A stretch of 64,000 nucleotides of DNA from a virus. Taxonomy: Duplodnaviria; Caudoviricetes. Position 1 is the first letter of the stretch. Each line of letters starts with the position of its first letter. The notes below the pieces were generated by a model. That model worked only from the letters and a program-made list of their open reading frames with translations. It had not been told where the DNA came from and made no database searches. A program made the translations under genes and the position numbers. Shown one piece after another: positions 10,356 through 20,236 of the stretch. The DNA lies in the IMG/VR virus record IMGVR_UViG_2562617090_000005; one strand, 5' to 3'.

Positions 10356-10412
10356 TGGCAAAATCCAAGTGGCAAAATCCAGATACCTTGCCACTTTGCC
10401 ACTTCGCCACTT
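10356..10412. repeat. iteron-like repeats, candidate IME replication origin
   Basis: tggcaaaatcca x2 (10356, 10370) facing three (t/c)gccactt copies (10388-10412). Confidence 0.55.
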
Positions 10413-10518
10413 CAACCATAATCCCACAGCCTCATGTATGACCGCGTGGGGCTTTATCGTGGAAAAAAGAGCCTATGTTGCGTCAATAACTCAAAAAGGC
10501 ACTTGACAAAACGCTTCA

Positions 10519-12063
10519 TGGGGCAACAAAACAGATATTGCCCCTTTTATAGACCCGAAACCGGAAAACAACATTATCCTGACGCAGACCGAGGGGCTTA
10601 TGATGTCCGGCAGGCCGAAGAATCCGGCCCATGCCCGCAATAAAAATGTGCTGGTAGTCGGTGGTTCCGGCTCTGGCAAGACGAGATTTTTTATCAAGCC
10701 CAATCTTATGCAGATGCACAGCTCCTATGTCGTCACCGATCCGAAAGGTACGGTCTTGATTGAGGTGGGAAAGCTGTTAAGCCGCGGCACACCGAAACTG
10801 GATAAGGACGGCAACCCGGTCCGGGGAAAGAATGGAAAAATCGTGTATGAGCCTTATAAGATCAAGGTATTCAATACGATCAACTTTTCAAAAAGTATGC
10901 ACTATAACCCTTTTGCTTACATTCACAATGAGAAGGATATTCTGAAACTGGTAACGGTGCTGATCGCAAATACCAAAGGAGAAGGAAAATCCGGCGACGA
11001 TTTCTGGGTCAAGGCCGAAACTTTGCTTTACACAGCATTGATCGGCTATATCTATTATGAGGCCCCCACAAACGAGCAGAATTTTTCCACTCTGGTAGAA
11101 ATGATAAACGCTATGGAGGTCCGGGAGGATGACGAAAGTTTCAAAAATGCCGTTGACCTTCTCTTTGACGCACTGGAACAGAAAGACCCGGACCACTTCG
11201 CCTTACGCCAGTATAAAAAATACAAACTTGCGGCGGGCAAGACAGCAAAATCTATCCTTATTTCCTGCGGTGCCAGACTTGCCCCCTTCGACATTAAGGA
11301 AGTCCGGGAGATCACTATGTATGACGAGTTGGAGCTTGACTTGGTTGGAGATAGGAAAACGGCGCTGTTTTTTATTATCAGCGATACGGACGCGACCTTC
11401 AATTTCCTTGTCAGCATGGCCTATACGCAGTTGTTCAATCTGCTGTGCGAGCGTGCCGATGACAAGTACGGCGGCAGGCTGCCGGTACATGTGCGGTGCC
11501 TGATCGACGAGGCCGCCAACATCGGGCAGATTCCAAACCTGGAAAAGCTGATGGCAACGATCCGTTCCAGGGAGATTTCGGCCTGTCTGGTCCTGCAGGC
11601 GCAGAGCCAGCTAAAGGCGCTTTATAAGGACAACATGGACACCATCATCGGCAACTGTGACGCTTCCCTTTTCCTGGGAGGCAAGGAAGAAACCACGCTG
11701 AAAAGCTGGAACTCCCTGCTTGGGAAAGAGACCATCGACATGTATAACACCAGCGTCACGAAAGGCACCCAGGAATCCCACGGCCAGAATTTTCAGAAGC
11801 TGGGAAAGGATTTGATGTCGGTGGACGAGCTGGCCGTCATGGACGGTGGGAAATGTCTGCTGCAGATCAGAGGCGTGCGCCCTTTCCTCTCCCGGAAGTA
11901 CGATATTACCAGACACCCAAATTACCGGCTGCTTTCCGATTTCAATGAGAAGAACGCTTTTGACATTGAGAAATTTTTATCTACAAAAATGCCGATGCGT
12001 CCCGGCGAGCTGTACCGTAATTATGAGGTCACAGCGGAGGATTTGGAGGCTCCGGCTATATGA
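10519..12063 (+). pseudogene. virD4: VirD4/TraG coupling protein, 3' fragment (NTPase domain)
   Basis: WGNKTDIAPFIDP..., Walker A GGSGSGKT, VVTDPKG, LIDEAANIG. Confidence 0.92.
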
Positions 12064-12191
12064 TGATGTAGCTGCCTGTTAAGGTTTCTGGCTTTGACGG
12101 GCTTTTTCTTTTCACCGGAAGGAGGTTTTATTGAGGATTCGTGCCCCTCCCTGACAACTGAATATTTTTTCAGGTATATCCTGAACTCTGC

Positions 12192-12239
12192 CGCCCCTGT
12201 GCTTTTTGTAAATGTTCTTGAAGCACAGGGGCGTTTTTT
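12192..12239 (+). terminator. intrinsic terminator-like hairpin between virD4 and maff2
   Basis: Perfect 13-bp stem cgcccctgtgctt/aagcacaggggcg plus T6. Confidence 0.6.
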
Positions 12240-12302
12240 CGTTTCCGGCCTGATATGGCCACAACACAAAAACAATATTTCTTAAATTAAAGGAGGAACT
12301 TT

Positions 12303-12518
12303 ATGGCTTTTTTTGCAAGTGCGATTGATACCCTGAAAATCCTGGTTATTGCTCTGGGCGCTGGCCTCGGCGCATGGGGCGTCATCAACCTTCTGGAAGG
12401 TTATGGCAATGACAACCCTGGTGCCAAATCCCAGGGCATGAAACAGCTTATGGCTGGCGGCGGCATTGCGCTGGTGGGTGCCACGCTGATCCCGCTGCTC
12501 TCCGGCCTGTTCGGTTAA
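12303..12518 (+). CDS. Maff2 family membrane protein
   Basis: LGAWGVINLLEGYGNDNPGAKSQGMKQLMAGGG signature. Confidence 0.9.
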   Translation: MAFFASAIDTLKILVIALGAGLGAWGVINLLEGYGNDNPGAKSQGMKQLMAGGGIALVGATLIPLLSGLFG

Positions 12519-12524
12519 TAGCCA

Positions 12525-13388
12525 ATGGGCAGTCTGTTTGAACGGATAACAGACTGGATTAAAGAGGGCTTAATCGAAGCGATTACAGGACAATACACCG
12601 GTATCTTTGAGTCCGTCAACAGCCAGGTCTCGGATGTGGCCTCACAGGTAGGACAGACACCGCAGGGCTGGAATGGCGGCGTGTTCAGCATGATCCAGAA
12701 TCTTTCTGAAACCGTCGTCATTCCCATTGCGGGAATTATCCTGACTTTTGTCCTTGTCTATGAACTGATCCAGATGATCCTGGAAAAGAACAACATGCAC
12801 GATTTTGATACGTTCAACATCTTCAAGTGGATTTTCAAAACCTTTGTTGCCACATACCTGCTCACCAACTGCTTTACTATCGTCATGGCGGTGTTTGACG
12901 TCGCCCAGAATGTGGTGAGCCAGAGCGCCGGCGTGATAAACGGGAACATGGACGTCACCGCTGCGCTGGCCGACCTGGAAACGCAGCTTGAAGCAATGGG
13001 GATGTGGGAGCTGATCGGCCTGTGGCTGGAGACCAACATTATCAACCTGTGCATGTGGGTGTTGTCCATCGTGATCTTTGTCATTGTGTATGGCCGTATG
13101 ATTGAAATATATCTTACAGTCAGCCTGGCACCCATACCCTTTTCCACAATGGCAAACCGTGAATGGGGGCAGATGGGGACAAATTACCTGCGCTCCCTGT
13201 TTGCTTTAGGTTTCCAGGGGTTTTTGATCCTGGTCTGCGTTGCAATTTATGCGGTGCTGGTCCAGTCAATCCCTTCTTCCGGCGACATTCACGGCGCAAT
13301 CTGGGGCACGGCAGGCTATACGGTCCTGCTGGCCTTTGCCCTGTTTAAGACAGGCTCGCTATCCAAAAGTATTTTTAACTCGCATTAG
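12525..13388 (+). CDS. VirB6/TrbL-like conjugal membrane protein
   Basis: Polytopic; YGRMIEIYL...APIPFST motif; synteny. Confidence 0.85.
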   Translation: MGSLFERITDWIKEGLIEAITGQYTGIFESVNSQVSDVASQVGQTPQGWNGGVFSMIQNLSETVVIPIAGIILTFVLVYELIQMILEKNNMHDFDTFNIFKWIFKTFVATYLLTNCFTIVMAVFDVAQNVVSQSAGVINGNMDVTAALADLETQLEAMGMWELIGLWLETNIINLCMWVLSIVIFVIVYGRMIEIYLTVSLAPIPFSTMANREWGQMGTNYLRSLFALGFQGFLILVCVAIYAVLVQSIPSSGDIHGAIWGTAGYTVLLAFALFKTGSLSKSIFNSH

Positions 13389-13432
13389 CGTGTAACCAAC
13401 CTATATTTTAACAAGAAGGAGGACTTTTCTAT

Positions 13433-13876
13433 ATGAGTAAGACAAACAACGAACCCATGCAGCCGGAGGCACAGACGGGTGAAAGCTTGAAGCTGGATGT
13501 AACTGTGCGCCCGATTGCCCCGATGGGGAACCTGCTGGCTTACGCCAATGTGACGATTGGGGACTGTTTCAAGATTGACGGCTTCCGCATCTGCTCCGGT
13601 GAAAACGGCCTGTATGTCAACATGCCTTCCACCCAGGATAAGCAGGGAAAATGGAGGGATGTCTGCTGGCCGGTGACGGCGGATTTCCGCAGGCAGCTTA
13701 ACGACGCCCTGATCGAAGGGTACGGCCAGGCGATTGAAAATTTGCAGGCCACCCTTGAAGCGACAAAGGGAGCGGCGGAGAAACCTTCCTTGACCGGTGC
13801 CCTGAAGGATAATGCCGGCAAGGTCAAGACGCAGCCGGCAAAATCTGCTCCCGCCAAGAATGAGCAGGCCCGATAA
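13433..13876 (+). CDS. SpoVG-family nucleic-acid-binding protein
   Basis: LLAYANVTIGDCFKIDGFRI..GENGLYVNMPS...WRDVCWP. Confidence 0.8.
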   Translation: MSKTNNEPMQPEAQTGESLKLDVTVRPIAPMGNLLAYANVTIGDCFKIDGFRICSGENGLYVNMPSTQDKQGKWRDVCWPVTADFRRQLNDALIEGYGQAIENLQATLEATKGAAEKPSLTGALKDNAGKVKTQPAKSAPAKNEQAR

Positions 13877-14433
13877 TGCCGGAGGCTGGAAAATATGGCA
13901 TCGTGTACGCAGACCCGCCCTGGCGTTACGATATGAAACGCGGCAATGGGGTGGCGGAAAACCATTACCCCACCATGAGCATAGAAGAAATATGCGCACT
14001 GCCGGTTACAGACCTTGCGGCCAGAGACAGTGCGCTTTTTCTATGGGCCACCTTCCCACAGCTCAATGAAGCCTTCCGGGTGATCGAAGCATGGGGATTC
14101 AAATATAAGACGCTGGCCTTCCTCTGGCTGAAACAGAACCGGAAAGCGGATTCCTGGTTTTATGGGATGGGATTCTGGACCCGCTCTAATGCGGAGGTGT
14201 GCTTACTGGCGACCAGGGGGCACCCGAAACGCCAGTGCGCGGGAATCCATCAGTTTGTGATCTCCCATATCGAGCAGCACAGCAAAAAGCCGGACGAGGT
14301 ACGGGATAAGATTGTGAAGCTCATGGGCGACCAGCCCAGGGTAGAGCTTTTTGCAAGACAGCAGACCCCCGGCTGGGATGTGTGGGGCAATGAAGTGGAA
14401 TCCACGGTCACGATGCAGGAACGAAATCAGTAA
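13876..14433 (+). CDS. MT-A70 family adenine methyltransferase
   Basis: YADPPW, LFLWAT, HSKKPD, ELFAR motifs. Confidence 0.9.
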   Translation: MPEAGKYGIVYADPPWRYDMKRGNGVAENHYPTMSIEEICALPVTDLAARDSALFLWATFPQLNEAFRVIEAWGFKYKTLAFLWLKQNRKADSWFYGMGFWTRSNAEVCLLATRGHPKRQCAGIHQFVISHIEQHSKKPDEVRDKIVKLMGDQPRVELFARQQTPGWDVWGNEVESTVTMQERNQ

Positions 14434-14461
14434 GATACAGCATGAATGGAGGTGAATTTAC

Positions 14462-14896
14462 ATGCCCTATGTACCCGTACCCAAAGACTTAACAAAAGTC
14501 AAGACCAAGCTGGCGTTTAACCTGACGAAGCGCCAGCTCATTTGTTTCAGCCTGGCCGCACTGGTGGGGCTGCCGGTATATTTCCTTACCCGCGGCGCTA
14601 TCGGCAACTCGGCGGCAGTGCTGTTGATGATCGGGCTTATGATGCCCTTTTTCTTTTTCGCCATGTATGAGCGGGACGGACAGCCGGCGGAGAAACTTCT
14701 GAAAAACAGGCTCCGCCATAAGCTCTGGCCGAAGAAACGGCCATACCGGACGGAAAACCTGTATAAATCCATGTCAAAGAAGGAGGTTACGAGGATTGCC
14801 AAAAACCAAACAGCAGGAGGCCCAGGAAAAACGTCTGCAAAGAAACATCAGGCAGGCAAAAAAGACCAGGGCCGACGCAAAGACAAGCGGAAATAA
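14462..14896 (+). CDS. prgI: PrgI family protein
   Basis: VPVPKDLTKVKTKLAFNLTKRQLICF; overlaps virB4. Confidence 0.9.
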   Translation: MPYVPVPKDLTKVKTKLAFNLTKRQLICFSLAALVGLPVYFLTRGAIGNSAAVLLMIGLMMPFFFFAMYERDGQPAEKLLKNRLRHKLWPKKRPYRTENLYKSMSKKEVTRIAKNQTAGGPGKTSAKKHQAGKKDQGRRKDKRK

Positions 14897-17264
14897 GACT
14901 GTCCGCACTAGGCCGCCTAAAAAGGGCGGCTTTTTTGCCGGGCTGAAAACGGACGCCCCGCAGACGGTCCAGCAGAGTATTCCCTATAAGGAAATGTACC
15001 GGGATGGAATCTGCCGGCTGACGGATAAGCTCTACACCAAGACGGTGCAGTTTTTTGATATTAACTACCAGCTTGCACAGGCGGATGACAAAGCGCAGAT
15101 TTTTGAGGGCTACTGTGATTTCCTCAATTATTTTGACGCTTCGATCCATGTGCAGCTTACTTTCATCAACCAGCGGGCCAATATGCAGGATTTTGCCCGC
15201 AGTATCGACATTCCCATCCGCGGCGACGAATATGACGGAATCCGCAGAGAGTATGGGGATATGTTAAAGAGCCAGCTCCAAAAAGGCAACAACGGCCTTA
15301 CAAAGCGGAAATATATCACCTTCGGCATTGAGGCTGACGACCTTCGCACCGCGAAGATGCGCCTGGAGCGGATCGAGGCCGACGTGCTGGCAAATTTCAA
15401 AGCCTTAGGAGCGCAGGCAAAGCCGTTAGACGGGCTGGAACGCCTGGAGCTCCTTCACAGCCAGCTACACCCGGACGGGCAGGAAAAGTTTCATTTTACC
15501 TGGGCGGACCTGCCGAAAACGGGGCTTTCCACAAAGGATTTTATTGCGCCCTCCGGCCTGTCGTTCTCGAATGACGGAAAGACCTTCCGGGTGGCCGACC
15601 ATTCCGGGGCGGTGTCTTTTTTGCAGATTTTAGCGCCGGAACTGACGGACCGGCTGCTGGCGGAGCTTTTGGACCTGGACGACGCCGTGACGGTGAACCT
15701 GCATATCCAGTCCATTGACCAGACCCAGGCGATCAAGAACATCAAGCGCAAGATGTCCGATTTGCAGAAAATGACCATTGAGGAACAGAAGAAAGCGGTC
15801 CGTGCCGGGTATGACATGGACATCATACCTACCGACCTTGCCACCTACGGCGAAGAAGCAAAGAATCTCTTACAGGATTTGCAGAGCCGGAATGAGCGCA
15901 TGTTTCTTGTGACGGTGCTGGTGGAGAATATCGCTTCCAAACGGCAAAAGCTGTTTAATGATATTCTGTCTGCCTCCGGTATTGCGCAGAAATATAACTG
16001 TGCCCTGAAACGTCTGGACTACCAGCAGGAACAGGGGCTTATGTCCTCTCTTGCCTTAGGGTTGAACCAGATTGAAATTGAGCGTGGGCTTACGACCAGC
16101 AGCACCGCCATTTTCGTGCCGTTTACGACCTGCGAGCTGTTCCAGGAGGGCGAGGCTCTTTATTATGGTCTGAACGCATTAAGTAATAACCTGATCATGG
16201 CGAACCGCAAGAACTTAAAGAATCCAAACGGCCTGTTCCTGGGAACGCCCGGCAGCGGCAAGTCCTTCTCTGCCAAGCGTGAGATCGTCAACGTGTTCCT
16301 TTTGACGGAGGATGACATCATTATTGCAGACCCGGAAAATGAGTACGGGCCTCTGGTACAGCAGTTTGGAGCCCAGGGGCAGGTCATTGACATTTCCCCG
16401 ACTTCCACCAACTATATCAATCCGATGGACATTAACCTGGACTATTCGGACGATGAAAATCCCATCACACTGAAAAGCGATTTTATCCTGTCGCTGTGTG
16501 ACCTGATTATCGGCGGCAAGGAAGGGCTTTCCCCGATTGAGAGGACCATCATTGACCGCTGCACGAGGCTTGTGTACCGGGATTACCTGCAGAACCCGCG
16601 CCCGGAGAATATGCCGGTCCTGGGCGACCTGTATGAGCTGCTTTTGAAACAGGCGGAGCCGGAGGCGCAGAATATCGCTACGGCGCTGGAAATCTACGTC
16701 AATGGCTCCCTGAATGTGTTCAATCACCGTTCCAACATTGACATGAACAACCACCGGGTACTCTGCTTCCAGCTCAAATCTCTGGGCAAGGCCCTGAAAG
16801 AGATCGGGCTTCTCATTATGCAGGATGCCGTGTGGAACCGTGTTACCGCCAACCGCTCGAAGCACAAGACGACCTGGTTCTATATCGACGAATTCCATCT
16901 CCTTTTGAAAGGGCAGACCGGAAGTTTCAGCGTGGAGATATGGAAACGGTTCAGGAAATGGGGCGGCATACCGAGCGGCCTGACGCAGAATGTGAAAGAC
17001 CTGCTGGCCTCCCGTGAGATTGAGAATATCTTTGAGAACTCGGATTTTATCTACATGCTGAACCAAGCCCAGGGGGACCGGCAGATTTTGGCGAAACAGT
17101 TGGGAATTTCCCCGCACCAGCTTTCTTATGTAACCCATTCCGGTCCCGGCGAGGGGCTTCTGTTTTTCGGAAATGTGATTATCCCCTTTGTCGATCATTT
17201 TCCGAAAGACACCCTGTTATACAGCGTACTCACAACACGGCCTGATGAAGTGGCAGGTGCATAA
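14796..17264 (+). CDS. virB4: VirB4-like conjugal ATPase
   Basis: Walker A GTPGSGKS, Walker B YIDEFH, RKWGG motif. Confidence 0.93.
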   Translation: MPKTKQQEAQEKRLQRNIRQAKKTRADAKTSGNKTVRTRPPKKGGFFAGLKTDAPQTVQQSIPYKEMYRDGICRLTDKLYTKTVQFFDINYQLAQADDKAQIFEGYCDFLNYFDASIHVQLTFINQRANMQDFARSIDIPIRGDEYDGIRREYGDMLKSQLQKGNNGLTKRKYITFGIEADDLRTAKMRLERIEADVLANFKALGAQAKPLDGLERLELLHSQLHPDGQEKFHFTWADLPKTGLSTKDFIAPSGLSFSNDGKTFRVADHSGAVSFLQILAPELTDRLLAELLDLDDAVTVNLHIQSIDQTQAIKNIKRKMSDLQKMTIEEQKKAVRAGYDMDIIPTDLATYGEEAKNLLQDLQSRNERMFLVTVLVENIASKRQKLFNDILSASGIAQKYNCALKRLDYQQEQGLMSSLALGLNQIEIERGLTTSSTAIFVPFTTCELFQEGEALYYGLNALSNNLIMANRKNLKNPNGLFLGTPGSGKSFSAKREIVNVFLLTEDDIIIADPENEYGPLVQQFGAQGQVIDISPTSTNYINPMDINLDYSDDENPITLKSDFILSLCDLIIGGKEGLSPIERTIIDRCTRLVYRDYLQNPRPENMPVLGDLYELLLKQAEPEAQNIATALEIYVNGSLNVFNHRSNIDMNNHRVLCFQLKSLGKALKEIGLLIMQDAVWNRVTANRSKHKTTWFYIDEFHLLLKGQTGSFSVEIWKRFRKWGGIPSGLTQNVKDLLASREIENIFENSDFIYMLNQAQGDRQILAKQLGISPHQLSYVTHSGPGEGLLFFGNVIIPFVDHFPKDTLLYSVLTTRPDEVAGA

Positions 17265-17299
17265 ATTCCCGAAAATAAAAATGACTGGAGGTGATAACA

Positions 17300-19972
17300 G
17301 TGCCGCGGGAAAAAGAATTTCAGAGGAAAAAGAAAGATACCCGGATGCCGGTCCGTGATTCCCATGCGGAGGAACGGATGGACACCCGGCAGAGCGAACA
17401 GGATTTTAACCTGCTGCGGGTCAGGGATGCCCCTTCTTCTTTGGGAACGGCCCGGAGCCGGAGGTATGAAACCGCAGCACAGCAGGCAGCGGATGATACA
17501 CAGCCTTTCAAAGCGGATGTACCGCAGCAGGCGGATATTTCCATACCGGAACATTTGGAAAGCAGGGATATGGACCATGAGCCGGCACGGGCACCTGAAA
17601 CACGGAACCCTCTGGAACCGGGAACTTCTGCACCGGAACCGCGCCGGAGGGATTTCAGATATGTGGATTCCCGGCGTGAGGATTCTGACAGCGGCAATTC
17701 TGATATAGGGCACTCCACGCAAGGAGAATCCATCCAGACAGATCGCCGTTCCCGGATGCACCAGCACGGCAACAAATACCAGCAGCGTTTCCAGGAGGCG
17801 GCAAAATCCGAGGAACCAAAGGAGAAACCACCGGAGGCAGCCGAAGGAGAGCCAAAACGGCCTTCCAAGCTGGAATTTACCGCTGACGAACTCCCACCAG
17901 AGGCAAAAGATACAAAGCTCACCAAAGCCCGGAGGAAAGCGGAACGGACAGCGGAAAAACTGGAGCAGGCGGAAAACCGTCTGCCTGCCCGCCGTAAGCT
18001 GCGGATGGAAACATCTTCTGATCCTGATACGGGTAAGGCCAAAAAACGCCTGAAATTTGAAAAGGAGGTTAAAACACAACGGGCCCATGTAAAGGGTTCT
18101 GTTCCGATGCGCCCGGTTAAGGCCGGCGCAAATATGGCGGTTGGCTACGCCCACAAAAAAATCTACCAGGCGGAGAATGAAAATGTCGGCATTAAAGCGG
18201 CCCACCGCACCGAGCTTGTAAGCGAGTCGGGGCTGCGCATGGCATATCACAGGCATAAGACCGCGCCATACCGCAGGGTGGCAAAATTACAGCAGAAATC
18301 AGCCAGGGCCAATGCCCGGCTTGCCTACCGGCAGGCATTACAGGACAACCCGGAGCTGAAGAAAAATCTTCTTGCCCGGATGTGGCAGAAACAAAAACTA
18401 AAACGCCAGTATGCCAAAGCAGCCAGAGAGGCGAAAAAAGCGGGAAAGCGGGCAAAGGACACCGCCGTTACCACGGAAAAGATTGCTGCAAGTGTGGTTC
18501 ACGCTGTCAAGCGCCACCCGGTTCTATGCGGAATCGTGATCCTGCTCCTTTTGGTATTTTTCCTGATCGCTTCCTTGTTTTCTTCCTTTTCCAATATTGG
18601 AACCGGAGGGCTGGGGAGCCTTGCCGCCTCTACTTATCTGGCGGACGACGCGGACATCAACAATGCGGAGCTTATATATACCGAGTGGGAAACGGACCTG
18701 CAGATGCAGATCAACCGTGTGGAATCGGACCGGCCCGGTTATGACGAGTACCGCTATAATATCGGCCCCATTGAGCATGATCCTTATGTTTTAATGGGGT
18801 ATCTCACCTCTGCGTATCAGGATTTCACCTATGCACAGATCGAGAGCGTCCTCCGGGAGCTTTTTAACGGGCAGTATTCCCTATCCTTCACGGAGGAAAC
18901 GGAAATCCGCTACCGGACAGAAACAAGCATTGACCCGGAGACCGGCGAGGAAACAGAGGAAGAAGTGCCTTATGAGTGGCACATCTTAAATGTAACGCTT
19001 ACTTCCATGCCGCTTGAAAACCTGGTGGTTTCACGCATGGACGCAGACCAGAAAGAAATCTGCGAGATTTTATTGCAGACCAAAGGAAACCGGCAGTATG
19101 TGAAAAATGTGTTTGGCACCAACTGGCTGCCCTATGTCACCAGCTACTACGGCTACCGGGTACACCCGATCAGCGGGGAAAAGAACTACCATACCGGCGT
19201 TGACATCGGGATGCCCCAGGGCACGGAAATTTTGGCCGGGCATGACGGCACGGTCACGCTGGCAGGAAACGCGGGCGGCTATGGCCTGTGCGTCGCCATT
19301 GAGGGCGAGGCTTACGAGGGGTACTCCCTTACCACCAAATACGGCCACTGTTCACAAATCTTAGTATCTGCCGGACAGGAGGTAAAGGCCGGGGATGTGA
19401 TCGCAAAGGTCGGCAGCACCGGAAACTCCACCGGGCCGCACCTGCACCTGGAGGTATTGGTTGACGGACAGTATAGGAACCCGTTGTATTTTGCCGATAC
19501 CGGCGATACCAGCGAGCGGCATCTGCCGGCAGCAGGCGCAGGCGGCGGGGGGAATTATTTCAATTATGATGTACCGCCGGAGGCCCTTGCGGATGAAAAA
19601 TTTGCGGCTATGCTTGCGGAGGCTGAAAAGTATTTAGGCTATCCGTATGTGTGGGGAGGCGCAAGCCCTTCCACTTCCTTTGACTGTTCCGGGTATGTTT
19701 CCTGGGTAGTTAATCACTGTGGAGTGGGCTGGAATTTCGGACGCCTGACCGCAGACGGGCTTTTAGGCGTGTGTACGCCAGTATCAAGCGCCGATGCAAG
19801 GCCCGGCGACCTGATCTTCTTCCAGGGGACCTACAATACCAGCGGCGCAAGCCATGTGGGAATCTATGTGGGTAACGGGATGATGATCCATTGTGGGGAC
19901 CCGATCTCCTACGCAAACATCAACACAAGCTACTGGCAGCAGCACTTTTATACATTTGGGCGTCTGCCCTGA
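17300..19972 (+). CDS. conjugal cell-wall hydrolase with M23 peptidase and NlpC/P60 domains
   Basis: HTGVD and HLH (M23); FDCSG and HVGIY (NlpC/P60); one TM after a basic cytoplasmic N-terminus. Confidence 0.88.
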   Translation: MPREKEFQRKKKDTRMPVRDSHAEERMDTRQSEQDFNLLRVRDAPSSLGTARSRRYETAAQQAADDTQPFKADVPQQADISIPEHLESRDMDHEPARAPETRNPLEPGTSAPEPRRRDFRYVDSRREDSDSGNSDIGHSTQGESIQTDRRSRMHQHGNKYQQRFQEAAKSEEPKEKPPEAAEGEPKRPSKLEFTADELPPEAKDTKLTKARRKAERTAEKLEQAENRLPARRKLRMETSSDPDTGKAKKRLKFEKEVKTQRAHVKGSVPMRPVKAGANMAVGYAHKKIYQAENENVGIKAAHRTELVSESGLRMAYHRHKTAPYRRVAKLQQKSARANARLAYRQALQDNPELKKNLLARMWQKQKLKRQYAKAAREAKKAGKRAKDTAVTTEKIAASVVHAVKRHPVLCGIVILLLLVFFLIASLFSSFSNIGTGGLGSLAASTYLADDADINNAELIYTEWETDLQMQINRVESDRPGYDEYRYNIGPIEHDPYVLMGYLTSAYQDFTYAQIESVLRELFNGQYSLSFTEETEIRYRTETSIDPETGEETEEEVPYEWHILNVTLTSMPLENLVVSRMDADQKEICEILLQTKGNRQYVKNVFGTNWLPYVTSYYGYRVHPISGEKNYHTGVDIGMPQGTEILAGHDGTVTLAGNAGGYGLCVAIEGEAYEGYSLTTKYGHCSQILVSAGQEVKAGDVIAKVGSTGNSTGPHLHLEVLVDGQYRNPLYFADTGDTSERHLPAAGAGGGGNYFNYDVPPEALADEKFAAMLAEAEKYLGYPYVWGGASPSTSFDCSGYVSWVVNHCGVGWNFGRLTADGLLGVCTPVSSADARPGDLIFFQGTYNTSGASHVGIYVGNGMMIHCGDPISYANINTSYWQQHFYTFGRLP

Positions 19973-19990
19973 CAGATTGGAGGTAATAAA

Positions 19991-20236
19991 TTGAACCCTA
20001 AGATTGAAAAACTGGAGAAAGAGATCGACAAGACAAAAAACAAGATTGCGGAGATGCAGGCCAGGCTCCGCGACCTGGAAAAACAGAAAACGGAGCTGGA
20101 GAACACCGACTATGTGGCGATTGCCCGCAGCTTCCATCTGACGCCCCAGCAGTTGGCCGAATTTCTGAAATCGCAGCAGGCCGCTCCGTCCGGAGATGGC
20201 CCGCTTAAGAAACAGGAGGACATGAATGAGGACTAA
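19991..20236 (+). CDS. DUF4315 family protein
   Basis: MNPKIEKLEKEIDKTKNKI...ELENTDYV coiled coil; synteny. Confidence 0.8.
   Translation: MNPKIEKLEKEIDKTKNKIAEMQARLRDLEKQKTELENTDYVAIARSFHLTPQQLAEFLKSQQAAPSGDGPLKKQEDMNED

Larger units (their letters stand above)
2336..10521. mobile_element. Integrative mobilizable element (8186 bp) inserted in virD4, bounded by a TGG direct repeat
   Basis: Left junction gcccgcTGG|agtgc (2333-2335), right junction cttcaTGG|ggcaac (10519-10521); removal restores GSAR-W-GNKTDIAPFIDP in frame with 10600. Confidence 0.9.

Noticed and set aside
10600-12063. Stand-alone functional VirD4 from the internal ATG
   Set aside because: Lacks the TM anchor; the frame continues to the junction and matches the 5' fragment.
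13433-13876. Sporulation locus
   Set aside because: SpoVG fold inside a conjugation operon with no sporulation genes.
16215-18256. Long minus-strand ORFs over virB4 and the hydrolase
   Set aside because: Shadows of well-supported plus-strand genes in GC-rich sequence.
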